The notes beneath the pieces were generated by a model that did not search any database, was not told where the DNA came from, and saw nothing but the letters and a program-made list of their open reading frames with translations. Of a stretch of 64,000 bases of DNA, positions 11,452 through 24,500 are shown in pieces. Each line of letters begins with the position of its first letter. The first letter of the stretch is position 1. A program made the position numbers and the translations under genes. The DNA comes from Rhodosorus marinus CCMP1338 (taxonomy: Eukaryota > Plantae > Rhodophyta), in contig JAMWBK010000003.1 in assembly GCA_029953675.1 (NCBI GenBank), forward strand, positions 496,001-560,000, read 5' to 3'.

Positions 11452-14400
11452 TTAGAATCGTATGAGTGCTGTGTCGAGCGACTGAAACGTGCTCATAATC
11501 TCTTTGATATTCGATCCGATTTGCCTTGCCATTTCTTTCTTTCGAACAGCATCAAGTGAGTGAAACTCTAGTAGAAGGTGGCCATCAAGCTATAGAGGAC
11601 GAACGAATCACATGCTTAGCAGCAATCGAATGGGAACAAGGCAGCGCCCGTTGGTTCTGTGCTTACCAGTCTTTGGTTTAAGAGCTGATGGCTTGTCCTC
11701 TCCGGCCTAAACGTCCGAAATTCCCTCGGATTCAGTCCTCCAAGGTGCGGGAGGTCTGGCGACTGCGCCAATTTAGCTTGCAACGCGCTGAGCAACTGGA
11801 AAGTCTTTTCGCTAACTGGAACAAGGGCACCGAGACCGCTGTTCAGCGTCGAATACATGGTCAACTGCTGAGAAGCACCCTTGGAGTTTTCTGCCATGTT
11901 CCCATAGTCGCGCACGCGCTGAAACTTGTTGATTCTAGACCCGAGATGGAAGCCGCCGTTGGCTAGGAGGCGAGTTCCACCACGCGACTCAGCCACTGTG
12001 GCGTTTTCATAGTTGAACAATTGAATGTTTCCCAAGCCATCGGATGAGACCAGGCTGAGGTCATCGTTGTTGAGCAAAAACTCTGTAGCATACCTGTCAC
12101 CCAAAAGGAGAACGAATCGTGGTTAGCGGGTTCAAATCCCGGTGCTTTTGAAGCAAATGGGCTCCCAAGCTGTCACGCCATTACGTTTGAAGAGGCTCAT
12201 AATCCTTGCCGAGGAAGTTCAGACTCTTGTTGCGGTCACGCCAGTACAGAAAGCTGATGCTCTTAAACATATCCCCGACGATTATGTACTGTTTCAGGGA
12301 GGTAATCGAGGTACAGAAAAGCTGGGCGAAGAAGAAGGAGCAGCATACGATCTCGTCTTCAACGAGCTTATACACCTCCACCTTCGGTCCGACTCCAACG
12401 ACAACATATCCTTGCAGTGCCTGGACGGCACTGACTTGCCCCTTCAACTCCCTCTCCGCGATCAACTGCATCTGGAAAGTAGACACTTTCTGCTCTCCTA
12501 CAAAACGTTCCTGCTTTGATACTTCGAACATGAGCAACCGCCCTCGCGAGGATGAGTCTTCACCCTTTAAGTAGCCAGTTCCTACTACAAGCATGTGCTT
12601 CGGGCGTAGCTTGACGCTGGTGGCGAACAAGGACGGGGCAGCTTCTCCCTTTTGTTGCTGTGCTCGAGACGATTCCTTGGCCTGTTGCGCATGATAGCGA
12701 GGATGCATTAGGGCCTGTCAACCCGACACAAAAACAAGCAGCAAGGTCCCAGAATTTCAGGTTGCTGGTCTCCGGACACTTACGGGTTTAGAGACCTTGT
12801 ACACATCGATGACAGTGCTCGTCACAGAGAGCCCAACTTCAAAGTCCTTGAGCGAGTGCGTCTTCAGCAATTCCCATGTGTCCGGCCTGTACAAACGGAG
12901 CTCATGCTTTTCTTGCATCAACGTCGGCAAGCTTCCAGTAAACTTTCTAGGGTCCTCCGTGCCCAGCGCCGAAGCATCCGCTGAGTCTTCCTCTACGCCA
13001 CTCACGGTTAGACCTTGAGCTTCGCCCTTCTCCTTCTCCAGTTGGACCTGGGAAGAGAACTCTTTGATCGACTTTCGCACAGAATCGCGAGCTTGAGGAA
13101 CGTAGTGCGACGCTAGGATGCCGTACGTTGACGTCTGCGCATGGTACGCGAAGTGACTAACAGTGCAGCGAAGATTTATCCGACGTAGAGGCCACAGACT
13201 GTCGAGCACGACATCATCCAAACCCGGAAGAGCTCCGATCCTTACCGTACCATCCAACTCCACAGTAACAAATCCGTGCGGACAGATGACATTGTGTATC
13301 TCAGCAAAGCCAGTTACCTCTGAATCCGGCCTAATCCGCAGCGGATGTAATCTCGGGTAGCCCCGGTCAGCATAAATAAAGAAGGGTCTCTTGCCCGTCA
13401 CGAATATCCCGGCACGTTCTCCAACGTTCCGGAAGCTGACTAGCCGGATTGACTCCCCTCGCTGCTCTACGACGTCGTCACAAACAATCCTCCTAAACCT
13501 CATCCGTGATCTTCCGCTCAGTTCGCCCTTTGTACATTCCTCGGGAACACTGAAGCCGAGGTAAACCATCACCAGGCCGTGCTGGAAGACCGCCGCCAGA
13601 ACAGGGACCTTACGTGACCCGTACCCGTTGGGCCCAACTGGGGCCATTGCCAGATTCACAACGCGGGGAGCCCCACCATCTTGCCGAAGCTCCGCGTCCG
13701 GCGTCACCGCTCCGGCCGCTTCGCCCTCATCTGCAAGGGTCGTCGGTCCCAAGTAGAAACGTCTGCATCGAACAATCAGCTCAAACCTTTCGGTCTCAAA
13801 AATCTCTAGTTCTCCTTCCCGGTTGGCCACCAGGAGAAGCCCTCCCTCCTCAAGGCTGTCCTGCTTCCGTTCCTGCTCCATGTCTATGGACATTGGCACT
13901 TGGTCCTCTATCTTACCATAGAGCAGGTACTCCTCTTCATCCTCCTCCATATCAGCGGCGTCTTCGTTGCCGGTGGTCGAGGAGACTGGAGAGTCTGCAA
14001 AACGGCTCTTCTCGAAGGGTCCATAATACAAGCACGCGGCAGTTACGAAACCGTGCATATGCACGTCGGTAACGAATACTTGAGTCACCTTGACGTTAGG
14101 TATGCCTTCGTCCTCCTCCAGTTCATCCAGTCCGTTCATTCCCCCTCCGTACTCGTCCATCAACGATTCCCCAAATCCAAGGGCGCTCGTAATGTCTTTG
14201 CCTTGATTCTCGGCTTGGGCGGCTTCCTCATCGGCTTCAACCTTGACGACCGCCACGAGCCCGTTCTCAAGTCGCAGAAGTATGTACGGATCTAGTACTT
14301 GCGCTGCCACTATCCCAGAGTCGTATGGAAGTGCGTGATCTAGAATTAACCTCCTCCCCTTTAGAAGCCTGGCACCTTCCTTGTGAACCTTTTTTTGTAG

Positions 14401-17026
14401 CGAAATAACGGTTCAAGAAACAGGGTTTTCAACAACCCACAGTTCAACCACTGGAATAGCTTGGGCTGAGTTATCCCAGGACGTCAATGTCTCTTCGATT
14501 CAACTGCTCACCTGCACGATTGCCCGCCCGCCGAGCACATTCCCGACCGTCAACGTAGGGCAGTCTACGCGGAAGTCAACCTCAACCAGCTCGGTAATCT
14601 CCAGTCCGGTCTCGAGAACGACTGTACTGTCGTTGGCGGACAACAGGAGGTATGAGTTTAGCTCGTCTTCGTCGATTGGGGTTTCCTCAAGAGGCTCTTC
14701 GACTTGCAATGCGAACTGAAAACACAGACATTTGGGGAGTTGTAGGATTTCACATTGCACTAGGCGGGTGCCGTTCGTAGCGCGGAAACGTACCTGTTCC
14801 CCAGCTGCGCGATCAATATCTCGCTTCATGTTCTCCATAGCATCGACCAGCACATTCTCATCCTCTTCTTCCTCCTTTCGCTTGTCTTCTTCACTCATCT
14901 CCTTGTCTTCTCTTTCGACCTTCCTCTGTTGCACTAGTTGTCGAGAACGAGGTCCGAAAACAAGTTATTCGTAAGATGGTGAGCTTCTCAGCCAAACAGG
15001 GGTAGATAGATGCGAAGGCGTTCACGCTCACTTTGATCCCTCAATAGCTTCTCGCGTTCTGCCTTTTGCGCAATTCTCCAGGATTCCTTGCTTATTAACA
15101 GCTGCTCATTCGTCTTCCGAATCTGAGATGAGGATGAGTTTCATTTCGTGTTGGTCAGTAAACGTTTAGGTCTCCTTGAGTGGCTCGCGGAGTGGGAAAC
15201 CAGCCGTACCCGCTCATTTCGTATCCTGGACGAGGTATTTCGTCGTTCCCGAGCTTTTCTAGCAACTTTCCTTGCGAAAGGATCTCCTAAAGTCCAGGCG
15301 GACCTGTATCCTTGTAGCTGAATAGCATTGCGCTTTGTGACGTACTCAGCTCTCAACTATATCCAATAGAGTACAGTATGGTCATCGCAATCATTGAGCA
15401 CGGTTAGCACCAAGAGGCATTACTTGCACTCTAACCGAATCCTTCTTTTCCGCAAGGGGTACGCACCGATCTTTCCAGAATTGTTACACCCCCACTAGAG
15501 CCCATTCCTCCGCCAGTGACGACCTCGAGTTCCTCGAAGAATTTTGGTGCCTTTTGTTCACCTTCAGGAACAGGCTCTTCCTCCTCGGGCTCTGCTCTTT
15601 CATTCCTCCCGACACACATGTCCGCTGCTGGCCCCATCATAGGCAAAGCGTCACGTTTTTTTAGCGACCACGACTTCACCGTTTGTAGCGGTTCTTCGGT
15701 TTCATTCTCATGGAAGACTTCCTGCATGTCTTCGTCCTCACCAGCTACAACAGGATGGCTTTCACCGTTCTGAAGCGTTTCACGCTTGCTCTCGTACTGG
15801 ACGAGGACCGAGATGGACAATCTCGACGCTAGGACAAAGAAGTTATCACGGAAAGCCACGACTTGGGCGGCTGGAACGGAGCTGCTCCCTCGAATCATCT
15901 GCATAACGCCTCGACTACCAGGAAGCGGGAGTGTTAAGAGGTAGAGTTCTCCGCCTTTGAGTGAGAGCACGACCGAGCACTCTGGTCCCGAGTCTCCTAG
16001 AAAGCAGGCCTTTGCGGTTTCCAGGTCAGCTATGCAGCCAGCCTTTGAAATGGGGCCAGCACTCAAAGCTTCAGCATCTTCCATGAGTTTGATGAGCGAT
16101 TCTCCGCAGCTGTTGGTGTACAGTCCCGAAGCAACCACTCCGTTTCGGATTTGAAGGATACTTGACGCGCAAACTAGCACGACCCCGCCGCCGCCAGCCT
16201 CAGGAACAGCTAAGCACAGGAACGCATCGTATGGAAGGCTAGAGACTGTCCAAATCTTTTTGGAAGAACGCTTGAAAGTGTCGATCGTGAACGAAGCTGC
16301 GAAGACAGTGTTTGCGTGAATCGCAACCCTGCCAGACCAGGTCTGTATCGGTTCGTAAATGACCACAATTGTTGGTTCAAAGGTTCCCTCGCAGAAGACA
16401 ATATCTTTCACGTTCCGGATCCCATATTCCTCAAGATCTATCCAGAAGGTTTGCTCCGTCTTCAGCATTGCCTTCGGGTCAGAGTACGCGTTGTCCACTC
16501 GAGACGTGGAAAACGGTACTACAAACAGTTTAGAGCTCTGTTTGGCAAAAGCCAGGAAACATCTCCCCAGCGGATCGCTACGCACGAGAGCGTCATCCTC
16601 TGAGACTACTCGCCCTCGCATGAGTCCCGGTTGCACTTGTAGTGTTGTCGTCACGACATCCGCGTCTCCAACGTTGTCCTCCCTCATCATGTCACTGAAG
16701 GCCAAGATCTTCTCAGTCCGCCAGCAATACTCCAGTTGATCCCATATCAGAATCGCCGCTTTCAATCCCTCAAACCCGACGACTAGAGCGTCCTGCCTGA
16801 ACCCCGTTAGGCGCAGAACAGCACAGGAGACTATGATGCCGTTCATCTGGACCTCACTGACCATAACCAACCTCGCTGATCCCTCCTCTTCTTTCTCCAT
16901 ATTGTAAAGCTCTAGCCCAGTGCGCTTCACGAGCAGTAAGCTTTGCCTGCCCTTCGTGACAAACTCACCTACAGTGGCTTCCGTGCATCCCATCGAGGGG
17001 ATCAACGGACGTACTACTGCATACAT
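11452..17026 (-). CDS. CPSF1: Cleavage and polyadenylation specificity factor subunit 1 (CPSF160), multi-exon
   Basis: Starts MYAVVRPLIP. Motifs DPLGRC, VKDIVFCEGTFEPTIVVIYEPIQTWSGRV, LVVGTGYLKGEDSSSRGRLLMFEV, KQYIIVGDMFKSISFL, LGGLNPREFR. Final exon LDGHLLLEF...KEMARQIG...IRF* (stop at 11452). ORF pieces join through GT-AG introns. Confidence 0.94.
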
Positions 17027-17341
17027 TCTCTTGGTTCCAATATTTCTCCCACACACGCTCACGAAGACGGCGAAAGGGAAATCCTTTCGCTACCGCAGAA
17101 TATACCACTATCGAGCTTCTAATGCTCCACAATCCTGGAAGAGCAGTTCATCCAAGCGGAATCCATCCTTGATTATCCGATTCACAACCCCAGCCGTCGA
17201 TCCAAATATGAGCAGCCCCCTTCCCAAGAGCCCGTTCAATGGAGAATACTTAACCAGGCTGCCTTTCCAAGGGCACGACTTCTACATAGCAAGCTCAGAC
17301 TTCGATGAAGCGCTCGAACTCCTCATGAGAATTACGCCCTC

Positions 17342-17351
17342 ATTGACTGAA
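17342..17351 (-). promoter_or_regulatory. Initiator-like motif TTCAGTCAAT upstream of CPSF1
   Basis: Plus strand reads attgactgaa; about 325 nt upstream of the CPSF1 ATG in sense orientation. Confidence 0.35.
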
Positions 17352-17776
17352 ACCTCGAGGAGCTTTCCACAAAAAAAACCAAGCAGCGCCCTTGAGAGCG
17401 TTTTTTTCTACGGCAAAGAAAGGAACCCAGATCTGAAACCGCCCTCGTCAAGACAGAAAAACTAGAAACCCGCTCTCCTCCCTCCCGACGAGATTAGCTT
17501 TTTAGCAGGACACCCTAAATGCAAACGAAGACAAGACTTTGAAAACTACAAAAGATGTAACTTGAAAACCCCTTTTTTCGTTCTTCTTTCTTGTGGTTTC
17601 TACCAAGTCCATCCGTTCTTTCTCAGAGCAGATGACATCTTTAGAAACTTGACAAACACGGAAGGGTTTCTTCCGCCCTCCCGAGGAGACGACGAAGACG
17701 AACAAGAAAAAACCCAAATCCCTGCGTGATCCCTCAATAGCGCGCAGAGCAAAGTAACAGATCAGTGGCTAGAAGT

Positions 17777-18260
17777 GTTAAGCGAAGTTTTGATCGGTGC
17801 TCGCAGGACCTGAACAGGTTCTCGAAGGAGCCCAAGAGTCCTGCGGAGAGAAGCTTAGGGAGTGAGAAGGAGACCGTAAGTAGCCTGAGTTTGGAACGCG
17901 GTGACCTCGGGACTACCCGTAATGTTAACCGAAGTTTTGATCGGCGCTCGCAGGATCTCAACAGGTTCTCGAAGGAGCCCGAGAGGCCTGCGGAGAGAAG
18001 CTTAGGGAGTGAGGAGACCGTAATGTAGCATGAATTTGGAACGCAGCGACCACGGACTACCCGTAATGTTAACCGAAGTTTTGATCGGTGCTCGCAGACT
18101 CTCATCAGGTTCTCGAAGGAACCCAAGAGGCCTGCGGAGAGAAGCTTGGGCAGTGAGAAGGAGACCGTAATGAAACCCAAGTTTTGAACGGTCTTCGCAC
18201 CTCTCGGCAGGTTCTCAATGGAGCTGAACGGGCCTGTGATGTGAGGAGACGATAATCAAA
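17777..18260. repeat. Degenerate tandem repeat, unit spacings 147, 144 and 102 bp plus a decayed fourth copy
   Basis: Recurrent blocks gaagttttgatcgg.gctcgcag, caggttctcgaagga.ccc and ctgcggagagaagctt.gg..gtgag start near 17777, 17924 and 18068; a degenerate copy follows near 18172. Confidence 0.92.
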
Positions 18261-18714
18261 CCGAAGTCGTTCTGTAGAACGGATTCCGACACGATCGTTT
18301 GGCTCGTCGGCGAATGATGGTGGTTGCCAAGCAGCGAAGAGAACCTGAACGACTGCTTCTTCGGCTTGCGCGTTGCCTTCCGGAGGAGCAAAGTTTTGGA
18401 TGCAGCACAGATGAACGTTTCATGGCAGGTCTACTGATGTCCATAGGACATGTTTTCGTAAGCAGCTATCTACGGGCTTTACCTATCAACTCGTGTGACG
18501 CGACGCTCAGTTCTTGAAGCTATCGAACGCTGCTTTCCCTTCTAGAGAAAGCAGACTATGTCTATGTTCCTCAGCTGCAGAATAAGAACCAAACTGAACT
18601 TTTCGGGAAGCTTGAGGGTTGTATACTATTTGTCTTTAAATACTCTGACGAGGGTCTAACTTTATCGAGAAACTCCGGAAGCTTCTTGTACATTTGAACA
18701 AAAAAGCAACGGCC

Positions 18715-19499
18715 TTACGTCCTCTTAACGCTTAATGCTGGTTCGGAATCCCGGCTTTGTGGACTTTGAGCTTCACCTCGTTGAATCATTCCTCGACGGT
18801 CCAGGAGACGCAATGCGTGTCCACCAAACTCGCTGTGTTCATTGGAAAAGTTCCTCCATAGCGCCATCAGGGCAGGATCCCTCTCTGCAATGAGGTTGAC
18901 GAGAGCGTCGTACGCGATTCGATCGATTCTCCCATCACGACGTAATATATGGGAAACGTTGAATATCTTATCCAGCGTCTCCTCCTCGGACAAACGCTTG
19001 GAGGGTTTCGGTGGACCTTCCAGTTTCACCCCTCGTCTCGGAATCGGCTGCTCAGACAATGTGTGCTTGCTCCATATTATCCAGCATCCGTCAGGCAGGT
19101 TGTAAACATCGCTGTCCGTTGTGACCTTTTCCGTAAAGTGCGGTGATGTCCATAGAACTATCTGTTTCACGTCCTATAGCACAACACGACGAGGTCAGTT
19201 CGCTTTCCTTCGCCGTCCTCACAGTTTGAAGGATCATCGGATCTCACCTTTCCCTGAACATAGGCTGTTGGAAACGGCGGTGGTTGGCACTGCGCGATTG
19301 ACTCCTTCAAACTCTCAATGCTCGTCCGCCGTATCTTGATTGAGTTCAGGTCGCCATCGGGGTACTCCATCGTCCTCAATACCTTCCCGAAGATATAGGA
19401 CCTCAAGAAGTTAAAGACAATAGAAGAACCGCCAACATACCGGAAAGTGGTATCAGCTTTGCCCAGCAGCGCGGAGATCGTCAGAAATGTTGCCGGCAT
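18715..19499 (-). CDS. Hypothetical protein (start uncertain: ATG 19499 or 19370), at least 2 exons
   Basis: An intron with a CTGAC branch point joins ...TAYVQGK to DVKQIVLWTSPHFTEK.... The joined product (MEYPDGDLNSIKIRRTSIESLKESIAQ...DSDVYNLPDGCWIIW...LVNLIAERDPALMALWRNF...) has globular-protein composition. Confidence 0.7.
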
Positions 19500-20301
19500 C
19501 AAGAACCACTAGCTACTCCCTTCGCGCCCCGCTCTCGGGGCAGAGAATAAAGAACCCAAACGTCAAGCAATCCTCTCTTCCAGCAAGATCACACAAGTTC
19601 AGCAACTCCGCAAAGCTGCCACAGACCAAATCCCAATCGCGATCGATCCAGAGTAAGTACCTTAAATCCCTGCTTGTAGTCCTCCAGAGAGGAACTGATA
19701 CCCCGTCAATCTAGCAGCTCGTTGGCAGTGACAACGACGCGCGTTTCCACAAAAGTTGGGCAATTCTCTTCCACAAACACCAGACACCCAACTCTGCAAC
19801 AGCAACCAAGGATCGACCGTAAGCCAATAGTTCCTTCTTGCCTCCAAACATCGAGATCGATTCAGGGTTGTAAAGCTTGCGAAAACCCTGGTCGGAAATC
19901 CTCAACGGGGAGCTTATACCCTGTGATCAACCTGCTCGTTGGAAGCGATTCGGTGACTAGCTCTGACTGTACTACGAAACTATCGACTATAGGTCACGAG
20001 CTAAGAATCGATTTCATCCTAGCCGAAACTGCATGAGGTGGTGAGGGGAGCATCCAAACATATGAACTTTAGTTGTTGCTTTTATGGTTTCACTCGAGTA
20101 ACCCCTCGGCAAATGGGAAGTTCACAGAATGGGATCACTGACTGGCCAATGTGGCCAGACAAGATCTTTCTGCTATGGTTACAAGAAAAACCTGTCCGAG
20201 ATATTTACACCGGATTATAACTTAGACAGCAACTTTCAGACGTCCCAAATCTCAAACTGAAGCGGGGGCAGCAGAGTGAAGCCTCTAATGGGCTCAGGGT
20301 G

Positions 20302-21583
20302 CTACAGCGCGAAGAGCACCAGACTGAGGGCCATGATCACCATTCCTAATACCCAGCTGACCGTAATGACCTTGTTCTTCGGGTCATAGCGATGGGCAGT
20401 CGGAAGAAGCTCGCCAATGGCGATGTACACCTACGTGAAAAAGGTAATTAAATACGCAGAGGAGATTGGCAGTGAGATACCGTCAAGCAGCGTCGCAGGA
20501 GTGGGACTAACTAAGAGGCTTTTGGCTTACCATCATTCCGCCGACGATGCCAAATAGAATACCATACACAAGTTCCGTGAAAACATTAGCAAGGATCAGC
20601 CACCCTAGGAAAGCACCAATAAGCTCAGTCACACCCGAGGCAGTAGCCCATAAAAATCCCTTCCACTTAGAACCCGTCGCGTAGTAGATGGGGACCGCAA
20701 CGCTCATGCCTTCAGGAATATTGTGAATTCCAATCGCAATAGCGACGCTCACTCCTACGCTGGGCTCGCTCAAAGCAGCCACGAAAGTGGCGAGCCCCTC
20801 GGGGAAGTTGTGGAAAGCAATGGCGAGAGCTGCAAACATTCCCATTCGAGCTAGCTTCCTCTTATCCTCCCTGGTGTTCTTAGAATCCTTCTCTGCCTCT
20901 ATCAAAGCAGCCAGCATTTCACCTTCATGGGCCTCGATAGTAATAGCCTCACTGTCCGATGATGTCCTTATCGGCATATCCGTGGAAATGTTGTTGGAGC
21001 TGAAAGTTACACGCGCTTCCGCTTCCGCTGCGTCCTCTGGGGAATTTATAAGTTCATCGGGGACCGACGCATGTGGTACGCTCGGGGTTTCCACATCCAC
21101 GCTCACGGCGCTCTCTAAAGTGTCGCCGGCAAAAGATACAGGGAGCTCGTTTTCTCCATCTTTCTGCTCCAGACTGTCTTTCAAGTCCTCGTCCTCGCCT
21201 TGAGACTCTTCTTCCTTCCTCTTCATCTTTGCAACCAGCTTATGATCGATATAGTGGATCAACGCATCGAGTCCCCAGCACAAGAAGAGTCCGCCGAAAA
21301 AGCAGAGAGTTGCATATAAATAGGCCAGCCCTTCGTCCGGAATACAAGCCGTGAACCCATCGACAGCTTTAACTGCGAAAATCTCTGCGAAGGACACGTA
21401 GATCATAACGCCCGCGGCCAGCGCCAATGCAGAGGCCAGCCACAAGTTCACAGTCGAGCTCTTCTTCGGGAGCACGAACACTACGGCGCCACCAATCGCA
21501 GTCGACATTCCGGCCGCAGCAACGAGCCCGAAAGCCAATCCGACATTGTCACCAATGTTGTCAGGTGAACACTGATCCGTCAT
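20302..21583 (-). CDS. zupT: ZIP family (ZupT/GufA-type) divalent metal transporter, 2 exons
   Basis: Motifs [32 protein letters not shown] and [23 protein letters not shown]. Intron 20431-20530 joins GGMM to [16 protein letters not shown]...; stop at 20302. Confidence 0.94.
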
Positions 21584-24500
21584 CGCGAAAGACAGAACAA
21601 GCAACCAAAAAAACAGGGATAAGAAGCACAAAAGCGACAAACTGGTCGCCCAGAACCAGTCAATCAAAACACAGTCGCTGAAAAGATGCTTTCTACTAAC
21701 AGAACAACATCAGAAGAACAACAAAAAAGAAGTATTTCAACTGGTACCCGAGATGTGTAAGAAAGCTTCGACTGGTCTTTGAAGCTCTCCTCCAATTCTC
21801 CACTCCCTCCCCCTCCCATCCACCACCGCTCAGACCCAACCTCGTCGAGCTTATATACAATTCCGATCTCTTCAAGATCCGACAGCCTGTCTCAAAACAG
21901 ACCGACCTGGATCGAGCTGATTGGTTTTTTTCTGAAAAACCTGAAACTTATCGTTGGCAAAGAACTCTTTTTGATTAAAGTTTATCTATCACGTTGAAAG
22001 TGCGTTTATCGTGAACGGAAAGTTTTTGCCTAAAAATGACCTCGCCGCCTAATCCGTTTTGTTACGAAAAACAATATCGCGATATATTTGATTGGGAATT
22101 GCGGGGGGGAAAAGGGGGGGGGGGGTAGGCCAGGATGAGTGATGAGGGAGGAATTTGTAAAGTATGGCCGTATTTGTTTTTAGGGCGTCTTGGAGACGAA
22201 AGGGAGACGCTATAACCCATTAGCGTGCGTGTGTACTCAACAGCTGGCGTTTTCCAACAAACTTCTTAAAGTACGTACTCTCAACGAAATGGAATGAAAC
22301 GTGAAGTGTCTCGGGGAAGGGGCCACCCGACCACCATGTGATTGTAAATGCTCACCGGGCGGGAGGAGTTTTGGGGTTGTGTTTTTGCTCACCGTTTAGC
22401 CGCCAACCTAAACCAATAAAAAGGTCCAAGGATTTGGTGCTTTCCGTGACTTTTTTTGTTTACATAAAAAAAGCCTTATTTTCACATATGCCCAATATTC
22501 ATTGTTCGGAACTAATTCAAAGTAAAACAAGTTATTGTACAAAAAATATCTCAGCGAGGAGGTACATGTCCTTTTTCTCGAAAACGACCCCTGCTGTTCC
22601 CATTCTTTCCAAATTCTTGAGGTTTGGTGCAAGCTAGCCGGACCCTCGAACAACTTCTTCCAATTAGTAGTACATGGCGGACCTCCGAACGAAACCCTTC
22701 GCAAAATAAACGAGCGAGAATTGATTGAAATACCGAGAAAATCGGCGTACAGATCGTAATATAATACAAATTGAACATTTCCCGACTCAAAGTATCATCC
22801 CTATCCAATTGTCTTCCGTTTATTGATTATTTATTAGATATTCATGTTAAAAGAATGTATTTTTAAAATATTACTTTCCGCTCTAGATTTTTAATTCGTA
22901 ATTCACTATATACGCCCTTAATATTTTCTGGATTTTTTATATTTTCAGGGCGTTTGAGTTGGGGGCCACCTCATCCCATCCAATTACGGACGAATATCTT
23001 TAAGGAGGAAAACTAATTCCCCAAAACCTGACCCAGACTACTGTTTCCCTTAAGATCTTGGACATAACTAAACTTTATTTGAAAACTTCTTTTTAAAAAA
23101 GGCACACTTCGGCTTTGGCCTTGTCGAGATTTTTTTGTGACATATTCTCGACGGTTTGCACGAAACCAAATCTTTTTCTACTGAAAGAAAAGGTGGCACC
23201 GCCACCAATTCGTTCAGGGACCCTTTTTTCGTCTTAAAACCAAGCTTCAAAAAAATATGGACTCTTTTGATATTTTCTTAAAGACGAGGTTTGTTTTTTG
23301 GATGATTTTGTGTGATCTCGTTAGCAGGACAGCACCCCTTCGTAGTGTCACGGAATCGATGATTGTCTGGGAAGCGGATTTGCCTTACAAAACCAGTTAA
23401 GGGGTCACGGATCCACGATATTCTGGTTTGGTATATATTCAGCAAGCCAGTGCCGAATATACCTTACGCATCCCACGGTATGTAAAATTGGAATAAAATG
23501 TACGGAATAGAATTGTTTAAGCCCGTGTTGGAGCTCCTTTGGGGATGAAACGATCTTAATGTTGGTCGTTTATCTATAACATTTCCGCAACGGACTCTGA
23601 AAGCCCTCTTTTAGGTGGCGGTGGATCCTTAAAAAGGAGATATCTGCTAGAACTTGTAGGGTCCCGAAGCGTCAAATAGGACGAGGTAAGTTGTTCTGTG
23701 TACACCACGGAGGAACTTGTAAGCTCGAGAAAATTTCAATGGAGCAGGATACATTTCCATCCGAGGCTTTTAGATGGTAGTGGTGGCGGTTGGAGGCGGT
23801 GGCGGTTTTCGTGCAAGCAGGTAGTCAGCAATCTTTTTGTAGCCTCAATGAGGGTGGTTCCCGATGTCAAGATCTGGACAACGTTCCCAAGGAGGAGGAC
23901 GATGAAAAACAATGCGCAGAGCATAGTAGATTACTGCTGGTTTTTTGGGACGGCTTTTATATTTCCCCGAGAAGTCCAGTTGGGCAATCGTCCTTGAAAC
24001 ATGCGGCCAGGTCACTTCACGTCAAACTTGCACCCACATCTCAACCGCACAAGCACATAACTGATCGGATCAGCATCCACGTAAGCACAACGCGTGTAAG
24101 CATAGCACGAGCGGAGCTGCGCCAGGCTAGTCGTCTTTGAGCCTCTTATTAGTAACTTTTTCCCTATTTCGTACCTGTACCTACGATCCCCACTAATCCC
24201 TTGATCCATGTTGATTTGAATCATGACTTAAGCATAGTTTGATCTTGATTCTGGATGTCCACATTCCCTTTCACGGGAATAACACTTATGAGCGTGATAT
24301 GCCCTATAGAAGAGTTGGTGCAGTCGAAAAGCAGGACAGCATCCCCACTGCAACTCGTTTCCGTTCTAGTAAGGCCATTGCGTCGGTGCGACGATTGTCC
24401 ATCAACTTGTCAGCAACTTCAGTGCTCCCCCTCGCGAGATTGCGAGATGAGGCTGACACTTGTACCAAAAAGGGTGGAAAAATGGACGCTCAGATATATG

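Noticed and set aside
16920-17465. 181-aa plus-strand ORF overlapping the CPSF1 start
   Set aside because: Antisense to CPSF1 exon 1 and its leader, GTG start, no recognisable motif.
23925-23960. LLVFWD peptide reminiscent of mariner transposase
   Set aside because: Isolated short match; no DDE triad, HTH or terminal inverted repeats.
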